A stretch of DNA of 64,000 nucleotides, from contig OZ242320.1 in the NCBI GenBank assembly GCA_965208125.1, positions 4,736,001 through 4,800,000 of the forward strand, read 5' to 3'. The stretch comes from Candidatus Latescibacterota bacterium (GTDB lineage Bacteria > Latescibacterota > UBA2968). This document shows positions 10,505 to 20,962 of the stretch, piece by piece. Under the pieces are notes generated by a model, which was not told where the DNA came from, made no database searches, and worked only from the letters and a program-made list of their open reading frames with translations. Within the stretch, counting starts at the first letter, position 1. Each line of letters starts with the position of its first letter. Both the position numbers and the translations under genes were made by a program.

Positions 10505-11463
10505 TGCAGGAGGCTATTGTGAAGGTATTGATTAATGATCGCCTGGACGATCACCACCTGGTGCAGATTCAGTCGTCGGTTGAGGATATCGACCTGATTA
10601 TCCCCGAGTCAAGTGATGATGCGCTGGAAATTATGCCCGAAATTGACATCATTTTTGGGGGTATGAGCCGCGATATGTTCAAACGCGCCGAACGCTTGAA
10701 GTGGGTGCAGACCTGGGGCGCGGGCGTCGATGGAATGATGTATGCAGAGTTTGTCCACAGTGAGGTGATTTTGACGAGTGCAAAGGGCACTGTGGGCGTT
10801 CATTTGTCGGAACACGCGATGGCCCTTTTGCTCGGTTTGACCCGGGGTATTGCGCGCGCGATCAGAACGGCTGATTGGAATGAACGTATGCCCATTCGCC
10901 ACGCATCGTGGGAATTGATCGATAAAACAATGGGGATTGTGGGGTTGGGGGGCACTGGATGCGATGTGGCAATCCGAGCGCATGCGTTTGGCATGAAAAT
11001 TATAGCTGTTGATCCCGAAGGCGTCGAGGTGCCAGACTGTGTAGAGGCCTGCTGGAAGATGGATCGTTTTTACGATCTTTTATCTGCGTCTGATGTCGTG
11101 GTGGTCTGCTGTCCGTTGACAGAGGAAACGCGCGGGATTTTTGACCGCATGGCATTTGAGAAGATGCAGAATCACGCGCTTCTGGTCAATGTCACGCGGG
11201 GTAGAATTATGGATGAAGCATCTCTGGTTGAGGCATTGGAAACCGGACAGATTGCCGGAGCGGGGTTAGATGTGACGCCACAAGAGCCATTGCCGGACGA
11301 TCATCCGTTGTGGCATATGCCCAATGTTATTATCACACCGCATACTGCGGGAGGGTCTCCCAATAGGCAGGACCGCATTGTGAATCTGTTCTGCGAAAAC
11401 TTGCGGCGTTTTCTGAATGGGGAAGATATGCTGAGTGTGATCGATAAAAATAAGGGATATTGA
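10504..11463 (+). CDS. D-isomer specific 2-hydroxyacid dehydrogenase
   Basis: GIVGLGGTG, LVNVTRG, GAGLDV..EPLP, TPHTAG; start could be GTG at 10519. Confidence 0.9.
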   Translation: MQEAIVKVLINDRLDDHHLVQIQSSVEDIDLIIPESSDDALEIMPEIDIIFGGMSRDMFKRAERLKWVQTWGAGVDGMMYAEFVHSEVILTSAKGTVGVHLSEHAMALLLGLTRGIARAIRTADWNERMPIRHASWELIDKTMGIVGLGGTGCDVAIRAHAFGMKIIAVDPEGVEVPDCVEACWKMDRFYDLLSASDVVVVCCPLTEETRGIFDRMAFEKMQNHALLVNVTRGRIMDEASLVEALETGQIAGAGLDVTPQEPLPDDHPLWHMPNVIITPHTAGGSPNRQDRIVNLFCENLRRFLNGEDMLSVIDKNKGY

Positions 11464-11475
11464 ATACGTTTTCTC

Positions 11476-11507
11476 TTGACACAATGTTACAAATATATTG
11501 ATATTTA
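11476..11507 (+). promoter_or_regulatory. Probable sigma70-type promoter
   Basis: Perfect TTGACA at 11476 followed by an AT-rich, imperfect -10 region (GATATT/TATTTA) just upstream of the leader ORF. Confidence 0.5.
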
Positions 11508-11518
11508 CAACGAAACTG

Positions 11519-11611
11519 ATGCAGGAACGGAGTACAACTGGCCGTATCTCAGGCCAGTTCACTGTATTACTCAGTATAATTCTATTATTTAATGGTCTCG
11601 GGCAAGGGTGA
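11519..11611 (+). CDS. Putative attenuator leader peptide (30 aa, Val/Leu/Ile run)
   Basis: MQERSTTGRISGQFTVLLSIILLFNGLGQG*; run GTA TTA CTC AGT ATA ATT CTA TTA uses mostly rare codons; directly followed by alternative hairpins and a terminator. Confidence 0.6.
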   Translation: MQERSTTGRISGQFTVLLSIILLFNGLGQG

Positions 11612-11623
11612 CTCGAGGTCATG

Positions 11624-11686
11624 TGCCCTTCTCTCAAGTAGGAATCCCTGTGTTGGGATCACCGAATCGGGAGAAGGGCGTTTTTT
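11624..11686 (+). terminator. Leader (attenuator) terminator upstream of membrane-protein operon
   Basis: TGCCCTTCTC...GAGAAGGGCG + TTTTTT, 65 bp before the next start codon. Confidence 0.7.
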
Positions 11687-11750
11687 GTGTGGCAGCACCC
11701 TCGTAAGGCGTTATATTAGGCGGTCAGAAAGGTAAGAAGGAGGTTTTTGA

Positions 11751-13697
11751 GTGGCTTTAGCAAGAGAAACTGTTGTTCCTGAATCTGCCAGACCCGCCGT
11801 GACATTCCGCGCACTCGTTTTGGGTACTTTTCTTACGGTGATGGCGACGAATGCCGGATCTTATGCGAGATTTATTCTTCACACTACGAGGTTGGATCAA
11901 AATCATCTTTCAGTCGCTGCTGTTTTTCCCATTGTTGTGATCGCGCTCGTGCTTTTGCGCCCGCTCAAGCTGAGTCGGGGCGAGCTTATTGTCATGTTTA
12001 CTATGGCATTGATTGGCGCGACTATGCCCACGTATTTTGTCGGTAAATTGATCGCCAATTTTACGGTGCCGTACTATCTGGCAACCCCCGAGAATCAGTG
12101 GGCTACCTATTACGAACCCTATTTGCAAGAGTGGTCTATCCTGCCTGCGGGCGAACCCCTGCGATGGTTTTTTGAAGGGCTGCCGCGCGGGGTTTCCGTG
12201 CCGTGGGATGCGTGGATTGTGCCCGTGTTCTGGTGGATGACTGTGATTGTGGCTTTTTATGGTTGCTGCCTTTTTCTAATGGTCATTCTGCGAAAGCAGT
12301 GGATAGAGCACGAGCGCATTGACTACCCGTTGATGGAAATGCCTTTAGCTGTGATGGAGGAGGACAATCGGCAGGGTTTTTTCCCAATTCCCATTATGAA
12401 TAACCCGTTGTTCTGGGCGGGTTTCAGTCTCACGTTGTGTATTATCCTGTGGAATGTCATTTCCTATTTTAGTCCGACTTTTCCGACGATTCCATGGCGC
12501 TTTGCGAGTATTCAGTTTGGGCGCGAATTTCCCCCCATTCCCGTACGGCTATATTTGATGGTTGTGGGCTTTGGGTATTTTATAAATCTGGATATTTCGC
12601 TGAGCCTGTGGGTGTTCAATGTGCTGACCAATCTGGAAAATGGCTTTTTTAATCGCTTTGGTCTAAAGGCCGGTACAGATGAAGAGTATTCCACAGGGCC
12701 GCTGGCGATGGGCGCGCAATCCATGGGGGCATTTATCGTAGTGGTGCTCGTGGGATTCTGGATGGCGCGCGGGCACTTGCGCGGGGTTTTTCGCAAGGCA
12801 TTTTATCGCGATGATTCGGTTGATGATTCCGATGAGATCGTTTCTTATCGCACGGCGGTTTTTGGCATTATAGCCTGTTCTGCCTATCTGGTCGTCTGGC
12901 ATTTGGCAACGGGCATGGCGTTTAAGTATATCCCGATTTTTCTGTTTGGTGCTCTGGTCATGTATCTGGGGATTACGCGGGTTATTGCAGAGACCGGTCT
13001 GATTTCTATTCGCGCCCCCCTGATGCCGCAGCCTTTTGCCATGTTTGTGATGGGGTCAGATGTGCTTTCGCAGCAGACGCAGGTTTCTATCGCGCTTTCG
13101 TATTCCTGGTGTAGCGATACCAAAACCACAATCATGCCCGCGCTTGCCCATTCTGTAAAGCTTTACGATACTGTTCGGGTCAATCAGCGCAGGTTGATCA
13201 TTCCCATTGTACTGGCGATGGTCGCAGGGGTGGTAGCTACATTTATCTATACGATTTACATGGGTTATTTGAATGGTGCTGCGAATTACGGCGGTATTTT
13301 TCACGGGGGTCTCGCGCGGTTTCCCTGGGATAATCTGGTCAAGAAGTCGAAAGATCCATTTTCTGTGCAGTGGTTGCCCATTATGTATATGGGTATTGGC
13401 GCTGTGGTGACACTGCTTTTTATGATTTTGCGCTATCGGGTTTCGTGGTGGCCGCTGCATCCGATTGGATTTGCTGCTGGGCCAGTTTATCCGGTTAATA
13501 ATGTCATTTTTGCAATTTTTCTCGCCTGGGCGATTAAGTCTATTGTTTTGCGGATTGGAGGTATTCGCGCCTATCGGGCTGGTCGGCCGTTTTTTATCGG
13601 GCTTATTATGGGGCATTTTGTCGGGGCTGGTATTTCGTTTGTCGTCGATATGATCTGGTTTCCGGGGCAAGGGCATAGCATTCCGTTTTCAGATTAG
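11751..13697 (+). CDS. Large polytopic membrane protein, DUF6785/DUF6784-type putative peptide transporter
   Basis: Many TM segments; ILRKQWIEHERIDYPL, WWPLHPIGF, GRPFFIGLIMG motifs; RBS AGGAGG, GTG start. Confidence 0.75.
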   Translation: MALARETVVPESARPAVTFRALVLGTFLTVMATNAGSYARFILHTTRLDQNHLSVAAVFPIVVIALVLLRPLKLSRGELIVMFTMALIGATMPTYFVGKLIANFTVPYYLATPENQWATYYEPYLQEWSILPAGEPLRWFFEGLPRGVSVPWDAWIVPVFWWMTVIVAFYGCCLFLMVILRKQWIEHERIDYPLMEMPLAVMEEDNRQGFFPIPIMNNPLFWAGFSLTLCIILWNVISYFSPTFPTIPWRFASIQFGREFPPIPVRLYLMVVGFGYFINLDISLSLWVFNVLTNLENGFFNRFGLKAGTDEEYSTGPLAMGAQSMGAFIVVVLVGFWMARGHLRGVFRKAFYRDDSVDDSDEIVSYRTAVFGIIACSAYLVVWHLATGMAFKYIPIFLFGALVMYLGITRVIAETGLISIRAPLMPQPFAMFVMGSDVLSQQTQVSIALSYSWCSDTKTTIMPALAHSVKLYDTVRVNQRRLIIPIVLAMVAGVVATFIYTIYMGYLNGAANYGGIFHGGLARFPWDNLVKKSKDPFSVQWLPIMYMGIGAVVTLLFMILRYRVSWWPLHPIGFAAGPVYPVNNVIFAIFLAWAIKSIVLRIGGIRAYRAGRPFFIGLIMGHFVGAGISFVVDMIWFPGQGHSIPFSD

Positions 13698-13724
13698 AAT
13701 TAATCATTTTTTAGGAGCTTCGAA

Positions 13725-14816
13725 ATGCAAATTACAGGTATTGAACTCGACGTCGTGCATGTCAATCACCGCGGGGATTGGGTGTTTGTACATGTGCTTA
13801 CGGATGAGGGTATCCAGGGGATAGGGGAGATGCGCTCGGGCAGCAATTATGCGGCGCAACTATCGGCTTTGCGCGATTTGGGCGAAGCGGCCAAAGGGTG
13901 CGATCCGAGAAAGATTGAGGCTTTTGTGTCGCGCTATACAAGCACGGAACGCACAAAGGTGGAATTGTTCGCCTTGAGTGCATTTGAACAAGCGCTATGG
14001 GATATTTTGGGCAAATCGCTCAATGCGCCTGTTCACGCGCTTTTGGGGGGCGCCTGTCGAGACGAGATCCGCCTGTATGCGAATATCAATCGGGCGACGA
14101 CAGACCGTTCGCCTGAGGGATTTGCCAAAAATGCTGCTGCTGCGGTGGCCGAGGGATTTGATGCGGTCAAGCTGGACCCTTTTGACGGGGTACGCGGTGC
14201 CGATAATGCCAGAGACGCTGCAAGGGGAATTGCGTGTATGCGTGCAGTTCGGGAAGCTATCGGGACAGAGGTCGATTTGCTCGTGGATTGTCACAGTAAG
14301 TTCACGGTTCGCGGCGCGATTGAGGTCGCGGATGCGTTGCGCGATGTCAATCTGTTCTGGTTTGAGCAACCCACACCCGAATCGAGTCTCGACAATTGTC
14401 TTGCCGTAAAAGAAGGGTGTGGGTTGACCATTGCGGGAGGCGAGCAGCGGGGCTTGCGACGGGATTGGGTTGAGGTGGTGGAGAATCTCAGCATGCATAT
14501 TCCCATGCCCGACGTGACGGTTGTGGGCGGTATCGGCGAGTTAAAAAAAATAGGGGATATGCTCCACGCCTGGGGGCTGCCCACCGCACCACATGGTCCC
14601 TTTGGTCCGGTGGTGATCGCGGCTGGCGTGCATGCGATGGCTTCTTTACCCGGATTTCTCATTCTGGAATACGGATGGGGAGAGATTCCCTGGCGAAAAG
14701 ATCTGACCATTCCCGGCGAGAAGATTGTGAATGGACGCATTCGCATCAATGATCGGCCGGGCCTCGGCGTTGAATTAAATCCCGAGATGGTTGAGAAGCA
14801 CAGAGTTCAGGTGTGA
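13725..14816 (+). CDS. Mandelate racemase/galactonate dehydratase-like enolase-superfamily enzyme
   Basis: ALWDILGKSLNAPVHALLGG, KLDPF, VDCH, WFEQP, GGE, PGLGVELN. Confidence 0.88.
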   Translation: MQITGIELDVVHVNHRGDWVFVHVLTDEGIQGIGEMRSGSNYAAQLSALRDLGEAAKGCDPRKIEAFVSRYTSTERTKVELFALSAFEQALWDILGKSLNAPVHALLGGACRDEIRLYANINRATTDRSPEGFAKNAAAAVAEGFDAVKLDPFDGVRGADNARDAARGIACMRAVREAIGTEVDLLVDCHSKFTVRGAIEVADALRDVNLFWFEQPTPESSLDNCLAVKEGCGLTIAGGEQRGLRRDWVEVVENLSMHIPMPDVTVVGGIGELKKIGDMLHAWGLPTAPHGPFGPVVIAAGVHAMASLPGFLILEYGWGEIPWRKDLTIPGEKIVNGRIRINDRPGLGVELNPEMVEKHRVQV

Positions 14817-14842
14817 TGTCCCAAAAAACAAAGGAGTATTCG

Positions 14843-15700
14843 ATGTTTAAAAGTCTCAATGCAGGTGCAATTGGCGTAAGAGGAAGCGTTGATGAGTTGA
14901 TCGGCTATGCAAAACGCGCTGGATTTCAGGGGGTTGATCCCAATATTCAGGAGATTGCTTCTCTGGTCAATGCACATGGTGCAGAACATGTGAAGGGACT
15001 GTTTGCCGATGCCGGTTTGAGAATAGGGGCGTGGGGATTGCCCGTGAATTGGCGGGGAGATGAAGCCGAGTACAAAGCCGGTCTGTCAAGGTTGGGAGAG
15101 TTTGCCGCTACTGGTGCTGCTGTGGGGGCTACGCGGGTTGCTCAATGGGTGCCTGCGGCTTCTGAAGATCGCAAATTTGGCGATAATTTGAGGTGGCATA
15201 TTGATCGCTTTAAGCCGATTGCCGAAATTTTGGGCGAGCATGGATGCAGTCTGGGGCTGGAATTTATTGGGCCACGCACCCTGCGGGTTGATAAATCTTA
15301 TGGGTTTATTCACTCTATGGATGGCATGCTCGCGCTTGGCCATGCTATTGGCACCGGCAATGTGGGGTTGCTTCTCGATTGCTGGCATTGGTACACTGGA
15401 TTGGGGACTATATCAGACCTGATGGCATTGACTGCTGAAGATGTGGTGCACGTTCACGTCAATGACGCTCCTGATGGCGTTTATGTGGGCGATCAGATTG
15501 ACAACAAACGCGCTTTGCCGGGTGAGACGGGTGTAATCGATCTGGTGGGTTTTTTGAGCGCGCTGCAAAAAATTGGCTATGACGGCCCGGTGTCGCCCGA
15601 GCCTTTTAGTCAGTCAGTGCGGGAAATGGCGGCACAAGATGCCGTGCAAACAACACACGACGCACTGGATAAGAGTTGGCAAGCCGCTCAGTTATCGTGA
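14843..15700 (+). CDS. Sugar phosphate isomerase/epimerase (xylose-isomerase-like TIM barrel)
   Basis: LGLEF, LLDCWHW, HVHVND, PGETGVIDL, GYDGPVSPEPF; RBS AAGGAG before ATG 14843. Confidence 0.85.
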   Translation: MFKSLNAGAIGVRGSVDELIGYAKRAGFQGVDPNIQEIASLVNAHGAEHVKGLFADAGLRIGAWGLPVNWRGDEAEYKAGLSRLGEFAATGAAVGATRVAQWVPAASEDRKFGDNLRWHIDRFKPIAEILGEHGCSLGLEFIGPRTLRVDKSYGFIHSMDGMLALGHAIGTGNVGLLLDCWHWYTGLGTISDLMALTAEDVVHVHVNDAPDGVYVGDQIDNKRALPGETGVIDLVGFLSALQKIGYDGPVSPEPFSQSVREMAAQDAVQTTHDALDKSWQAAQLS

Positions 15701-15711
15701 GGAGGACTGCG

Positions 15712-16266
15712 ATGGAGGCTTTTGTCGAGAATTACATCGCGCAAAATTTGACCTTGCTCAAAGCGCTGGATGCCAGGGCGATAGCCCGTATTATTGCTGA
15801 GTTTGGCAAGGCGAGAGATGCGCGCAAGAGAATTTATGCCATCGGCAATGGGGGCAGCGCGAGTACGGCATCGCATTTTGTGAACGATATGGGCAAGGGC
15901 GCGTCAATTGGGCGCGAAACGCGCTTTAAGACGATTCCGCTGACGGATAATGTGGAGTGGATGACGGCGTTGAGCAATGATTTGTGTTACGAAGATGTGT
16001 ATGTCGAGCAATTGAAAAATTTTGCAGAACCCGGCGATGTTTTGCTGGCGATAAGCGGGAGTGGAAATTCCGAAAATGTGTTGCGGGCGGTGCGATATGC
16101 CAACGAGGTGGGTTGTGTTACTATTGGGTTTACGGGATTTGAAGGGGGAAAACTTAGAGAACTCGTTCAATATTGCGTGGTGATTCCCTCTGACCACATG
16201 GGGCGCATCGAAGATATGCATCTTATTTTGCAACACATGATCTGTTATTATTTTATCGAACAGTGA
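15712..16266 (+). CDS. SIS-domain protein, phosphoheptose isomerase (GmhA)-like
   Basis: IGNGGSASTASH, ISGSGNSENV, IEDMH. Confidence 0.85.
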   Translation: MEAFVENYIAQNLTLLKALDARAIARIIAEFGKARDARKRIYAIGNGGSASTASHFVNDMGKGASIGRETRFKTIPLTDNVEWMTALSNDLCYEDVYVEQLKNFAEPGDVLLAISGSGNSENVLRAVRYANEVGCVTIGFTGFEGGKLRELVQYCVVIPSDHMGRIEDMHLILQHMICYYFIEQ

Positions 16267-17301
16267 GTGTCATGCATGGTGCGACTATTTGGGTTTCTGC
16301 TCATTCTCGCGCTCGGATCCGAGATTGGGTATCTCTATCAGTTGCTCAAAGGTCAGGTCGCGCTTCTGTGGAAAGCAGAATCCATTGAAAAAGTGCTTGA
16401 AGCGGGAAAACTCTCGCCCGATCAGCGCGCAAAATTGGAACTCGTGCAGGCTATTCGCGCGTTTGCCCAACGCGAAATTGGTCTGAATACCTCGAAAAAT
16501 TACACCGCGTATGTCGATATCGGGCGCGGGCCTGTGTCGTGGAATCTCGTTGTTTGTCCCAAAGATCGTCTCGAACCGCTCAAGTGGTCTTACCCTATCG
16601 TGGGCGCGGTTCCCTACCGGGGATATTTTGATCGCGCAAAAGCCGAGGAAGCGCGCGATCGATATGTGGCTGAGGGGTATGATATTTATTTGCGACCGGT
16701 GAGCGCGTATAGCACGCTGGGGTGGTTTTCCGATCCGGTATTGAGCACGATGTTGCGCTATTCCGAAGGCGATCTGGCCGATCTCATTATTCACGAGTTG
16801 ACGCATGCAACTGTGTGGATTGAAGGGGATGTTACCTTTAATGAAAGTCTGGCGAGTTTTGTCGGTGAAACCGGGGCGTTGATGTGGTTGCAGCGCAAAT
16901 ACGGCACTGATTCCGAAGCGGTGCATCGGGTGCTTGCCGAGCGTGCAGATGGTGTTGTTTTTCGAAAATTTATGCGCGATATTGCTTCCCGCCTTGATTC
17001 GCTTTACCAGTCCAATTCTCCCCATAAAATAACGCTGCGTCAGCAGATTTTCGATTCCGCACGCGCAAAATTTCACACTCTCCCTCTTAAGACTGAGCTA
17101 TATGTCCGCTTTCCTTTGTGGGAACTCAACAACGCGCGAATGGCTCTTTACCTGGTTTATCGGGAGCGCACGGATGTGTTTGCGCGTGTGTATCTGGCGT
17201 GTGGTAATGATTTGAAAGCTACGGTTGAGGTTTTGCGCCAATGTGCAAGTGCAGAGGATCCGGCATTGTGGCTGGAGGAATGGTTGCATAAAACAGGATA
17301 A
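16267..17301 (+). CDS. Putative zinc aminopeptidase (DUF2265/Aminopep family)
   Basis: VPYRGYF, AYSTLGWFSDP, HELTH, FNESLASFVG. Confidence 0.85.
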   Translation: MSCMVRLFGFLLILALGSEIGYLYQLLKGQVALLWKAESIEKVLEAGKLSPDQRAKLELVQAIRAFAQREIGLNTSKNYTAYVDIGRGPVSWNLVVCPKDRLEPLKWSYPIVGAVPYRGYFDRAKAEEARDRYVAEGYDIYLRPVSAYSTLGWFSDPVLSTMLRYSEGDLADLIIHELTHATVWIEGDVTFNESLASFVGETGALMWLQRKYGTDSEAVHRVLAERADGVVFRKFMRDIASRLDSLYQSNSPHKITLRQQIFDSARAKFHTLPLKTELYVRFPLWELNNARMALYLVYRERTDVFARVYLACGNDLKATVEVLRQCASAEDPALWLEEWLHKTG

Positions 17302-17310
17302 GGATTGGTT

Positions 17311-18459
17311 ATGACTTACAGAGTTGGTATTATTGGATGCGGTTCCATTGCGCGCAGTCACGCCGATGGGTATTTGCGCGTTGCCAATGCAGAGATGGTG
17401 GCGGTTGCCGATCCCCATCCGGTTGCGCGAGAACAATTTTGTGAGGAGTTTGGCATTCCCAAAGCCTATGCTTCACTTGAGGAGATGGTAGCAAACGAAG
17501 GACTCGATATCGTCAGTGTTTGCACATGGCATCTTCTCCATCCGGATTGCACGATTGGCGCGGCGAATGGCGGTGTGCCAGGTGTTATTTGCGAAAAGCC
17601 TATGGCGATTGGTCTTGGTGAGGCAAATCGCATGCTGGATGCGTGTGAAAAAAATGGGACGAAGCTGGTGGTCAGTCATCAGCGGCGTTTTACTCCCGGT
17701 TGGGAAAAAGCGCGGGCGTTGATGCGCGAGAAGATTATTGGCGATGCTGTGATGGTGCAGGGACAGGTCGCGCAGGGGTTGATTAACTGGGCGACGCATA
17801 CTATTGACGGCATTCGGTTTGTCCTGGATGATCCGGAGACTGAGTGGGTGATGGGTGCTGTCGAGCGGCAGACCGATCGCTTTGAGCGCGATACGCCGAT
17901 TGAGGATGCGTGTATGGGCCTGATAGCGTTTGCCAATGGCGCTCAGGCTTTGATCCAGGCGGATTTGAACCGCCCGGGTGAACAGGCAGGGCATTTTCAG
18001 ATTCGAGGGTCAGAGGGATTGATGGAGGTGACCGAAAACTCGGTTCGCGTGTTCAATACAGGTGGATGGAAGGATGTGGAAATTGTAGCTGGCGAAGATT
18101 ATCGCGCAATTGGCGGCGAGACCAATGCCGCTTCTGTGCGCGAGTTGATTGCGTGGTTAGAAGGAGGCGAGGAACACCGCGCTTCGGGACGCAAGGCGCG
18201 TGCGACCGTCGAGATTATGATGGCGCTTTTTGAATCGGCGCGGCAACATCGGGTTGTGCATCTGCCGCTTGGGGAAATGGGCTATCCGCTGCAATTGATG
18301 ATCGAAGAGGGCAAGCTGCCCGTTGAAGTGCCCGGGCGATACGATATTCGCGCTTTTCTCAATCCCGAGGGGATGGATGAAGCGGCTTACAGACGGCTGC
18401 GTGCTGAAGGTGTGAGCCATTCTGCGGCGATGCGTCAGCTTGCGGACGAAAAGCGATGA
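17311..18459 (+). CDS. Gfo/Idh/MocA family oxidoreductase
   Basis: GIIGCGSIA, CEKPMA, HQRRF. Confidence 0.9.
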   Translation: MTYRVGIIGCGSIARSHADGYLRVANAEMVAVADPHPVAREQFCEEFGIPKAYASLEEMVANEGLDIVSVCTWHLLHPDCTIGAANGGVPGVICEKPMAIGLGEANRMLDACEKNGTKLVVSHQRRFTPGWEKARALMREKIIGDAVMVQGQVAQGLINWATHTIDGIRFVLDDPETEWVMGAVERQTDRFERDTPIEDACMGLIAFANGAQALIQADLNRPGEQAGHFQIRGSEGLMEVTENSVRVFNTGGWKDVEIVAGEDYRAIGGETNAASVRELIAWLEGGEEHRASGRKARATVEIMMALFESARQHRVVHLPLGEMGYPLQLMIEEGKLPVEVPGRYDIRAFLNPEGMDEAAYRRLRAEGVSHSAAMRQLADEKR

Positions 18460-20870
18460 GCAATACTATGAACGCAAACCGCAAATTTCTGCCTTTTCTG
18501 ATTATCCTCTTTGTGGGAAGTGGATGCGCCGCACTCATTTACGAAATTGTCTGGTTTCAGATGCTGCAACTGATTATCGGGTCTTCGGCAATTTCTCTCG
18601 GCATCTTGCTGGGTACGTTTATGGGCGGAATGTGCGTTGGTAGTGTGATGCTCTCGCGCATTATTTCAACGCGCTATCATCCGTTAAAGGTCTATGCGCT
18701 TTTGGAGTTGGGCATTGGCGTCGCGGGTCTAATTTTGCTTTTCGTCCTGCCTTTGATCGGCACGATTTATATCGGTGTGGCAGCCTATGGATTATGGGGG
18801 CATTTCCTGCGGGGGATTGTCTGTGCGATCTGTCTTTTTTTTCCCACGGTGCTGATGGGCGCGACTCTGCCTGCGATAGCGCGGTGGACAGAGTCAACGC
18901 CGCGCGGTGTTTCGTGGCTCGGTTTTTTTTACGGGGGAAATATTGCCGGTGCTGTTTGCGGGTGTTTGTTCGCGGGTTTTTATCTGCTACGCCTGTACGA
19001 TGTGGTTACGGCGACTTATGTGGCGGTCGCGCTTAATTTAGCTGTGGCACTTGTCGGGTACGGGTTGGCACAATGGGCTGAGTACGATGCGTCAATGGCA
19101 AAAACGACCACGCGCAGTTTGTGGATTTCAGAAGCTCGATCAGTTTATGTGACCATTGCAATTTCCGGCGCGTGCGCGCTGGGTGCTCAGGTGATTTGGA
19201 CGCGGTTGTTGTCGCTAATGATGGGGGCGACGGTTTACGCTTTTTCAATTATCCTGGGGGTTTTTCTAATCGGGCTGGGTGTGGGGAGTAGTGTGGGGGC
19301 GTATTTTGCACGCACCAAAGTAAATCCCAAAATCGCGCTCGGGTGGTGCCAACTGCTTCTTGTTGGCGCGATTGCCTGGGCGGCTTATGCGCTTTCTCAG
19401 TTGCTTCCTTACTGGACATCGGGCGGAACAACCACGGTGCGTTTTCAACTGGATTTGCTGCGTTGCTTTGTGGCTATTTTTCCCGCGACCGTGCTGTGGG
19501 GCATGAGTTTTCCACTGGCACTTGCTGCGGCGCGTTTACAGGGGCGCGACCCCGGCGTTCTGGCTGGCAGTGTGTATGCGGCCAATACGGCAGGTGCAAT
19601 TGTGGGTGCACTCGGTTTTAGTGTGGTTTTAATCGCGCTTTTGGGGACGCAGATAGCGCAACAGGTGCTACTCATCCTTTCTGCATTTGGGGCTGTTTTG
19701 ATGTTTGGGCGAAGTTTGTGGCAGGTGAGAGATGAAGGCAGAACTGTCAGGTCGGATCGGTGGGTTGGCATTGCTGTGGGTGTTGCCTTGCTGGTGTGGA
19801 GTGTACAGGGACCGCCGCCGTCGCTGATTGCTTATGGCCGTTCGCTTCTCGATTGGGGAGAGGACGCGACATATATTTACGCGGGTGAAGGGATGAATGC
19901 ATCGGTTGCGGTGTCTGAGTTGGACAATGGCGTGCGAAATTTTCACGTTAGTGGAAAAATTGTGGCATCGAGCGAGCCACAGGATATGCGTTTGCAGCGC
20001 CTGTTGGGGCATCTCTCTGCATTGATGCACAGGGAACCGCGTTCTGTACTCGTGGTTGGATGTGGTGCTGGGGTGACGGCGGGAATCTATGTGTTGTATC
20101 CAAGTGTTGAACGCATTGTTATCTGCGAAATCGAGCCGTTGATTCCACCTGCGGCTGAGGTGTATTTTGGACCAGAGAACTACGATGTATTAAAAGATCC
20201 CCGCGTAGAGATCATTATTGACGATGCGCGACATTATCTGCTGGCAACAGATGAGAAATTCGATATCATTACGTCTGATCCGATTCACCCCTGGGTTAAG
20301 GGTGCTGGCGCGCTGTATTCAAAAGAGTATTTTGAATTGTGCAAAAAGCGTTTGAACCCCGAAGGTGTTGTGACGCAGTGGGTTCCGCTTTACGAGTCGC
20401 GGTTGGATGCGGTGAAGAGCGAGATCGCGACTTTTTTTCAGGTGTTTCCATACGGGACAATTTGGGGCAATCAGAATGAAGGCGAGGGGTATGATGTTGT
20501 GCTATTGGGACAGAAAGATTCTCGCGTCGTCGATGTGGATGCCTTGCAGGCGCGTTTGGATCGCGAGGATTACACGGAGGTGTGGTACTCGCTTGATGAT
20601 GTGTCTTTGGGATCATCTGTCGCGCTGCTTTCGACGTATGCCGGGCGTGCATCTGATCTGGGCGAATGGCTCGCAGATGCCGAGATCAATCTGGATCGCA
20701 ATATGCGGCTCCAGTATTTGGCGGGATTGGGTTTAAATACCTATGAAGCAGATGCGATTTATACGGTGCTTTTGGAACAGGCGCGTTATCCCGATAATTT
20801 TTTTGTTGCGACCGAAGCGATGGAAACCGCATTGAAGGCGCAACTTAATCGGCAGCATACGGGAAGATGA
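18456..20870 (+). CDS. Fused MFS-like/spermidine synthase family membrane protein
   Basis: SGCAALIYEIVW, YAANTAGAIVG TM domain plus VLVVGCGAG, DARHYL, FDIITSDP. Confidence 0.9.
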   Translation: MSNTMNANRKFLPFLIILFVGSGCAALIYEIVWFQMLQLIIGSSAISLGILLGTFMGGMCVGSVMLSRIISTRYHPLKVYALLELGIGVAGLILLFVLPLIGTIYIGVAAYGLWGHFLRGIVCAICLFFPTVLMGATLPAIARWTESTPRGVSWLGFFYGGNIAGAVCGCLFAGFYLLRLYDVVTATYVAVALNLAVALVGYGLAQWAEYDASMAKTTTRSLWISEARSVYVTIAISGACALGAQVIWTRLLSLMMGATVYAFSIILGVFLIGLGVGSSVGAYFARTKVNPKIALGWCQLLLVGAIAWAAYALSQLLPYWTSGGTTTVRFQLDLLRCFVAIFPATVLWGMSFPLALAAARLQGRDPGVLAGSVYAANTAGAIVGALGFSVVLIALLGTQIAQQVLLILSAFGAVLMFGRSLWQVRDEGRTVRSDRWVGIAVGVALLVWSVQGPPPSLIAYGRSLLDWGEDATYIYAGEGMNASVAVSELDNGVRNFHVSGKIVASSEPQDMRLQRLLGHLSALMHREPRSVLVVGCGAGVTAGIYVLYPSVERIVICEIEPLIPPAAEVYFGPENYDVLKDPRVEIIIDDARHYLLATDEKFDIITSDPIHPWVKGAGALYSKEYFELCKKRLNPEGVVTQWVPLYESRLDAVKSEIATFFQVFPYGTIWGNQNEGEGYDVVLLGQKDSRVVDVDALQARLDREDYTEVWYSLDDVSLGSSVALLSTYAGRASDLGEWLADAEINLDRNMRLQYLAGLGLNTYEADAIYTVLLEQARYPDNFFVATEAMETALKAQLNRQHTGR

Positions 20871-20962
20871 TGAAACTGGCGTGTTGCTGGCTTGTCAAAT
20901 TTGGAAGAAGGCCACTATTGGCGCACAATAGGGTTATGCCGTTCTTGAAAGGAGGAGAAAAT

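Noticed and set aside
11590-11690. T-box riboswitch
   Set aside because: AAGGGTGACTCG only loosely resembles the T-box consensus and no stem I or specifier loop is evident; the leader-peptide model fits better.
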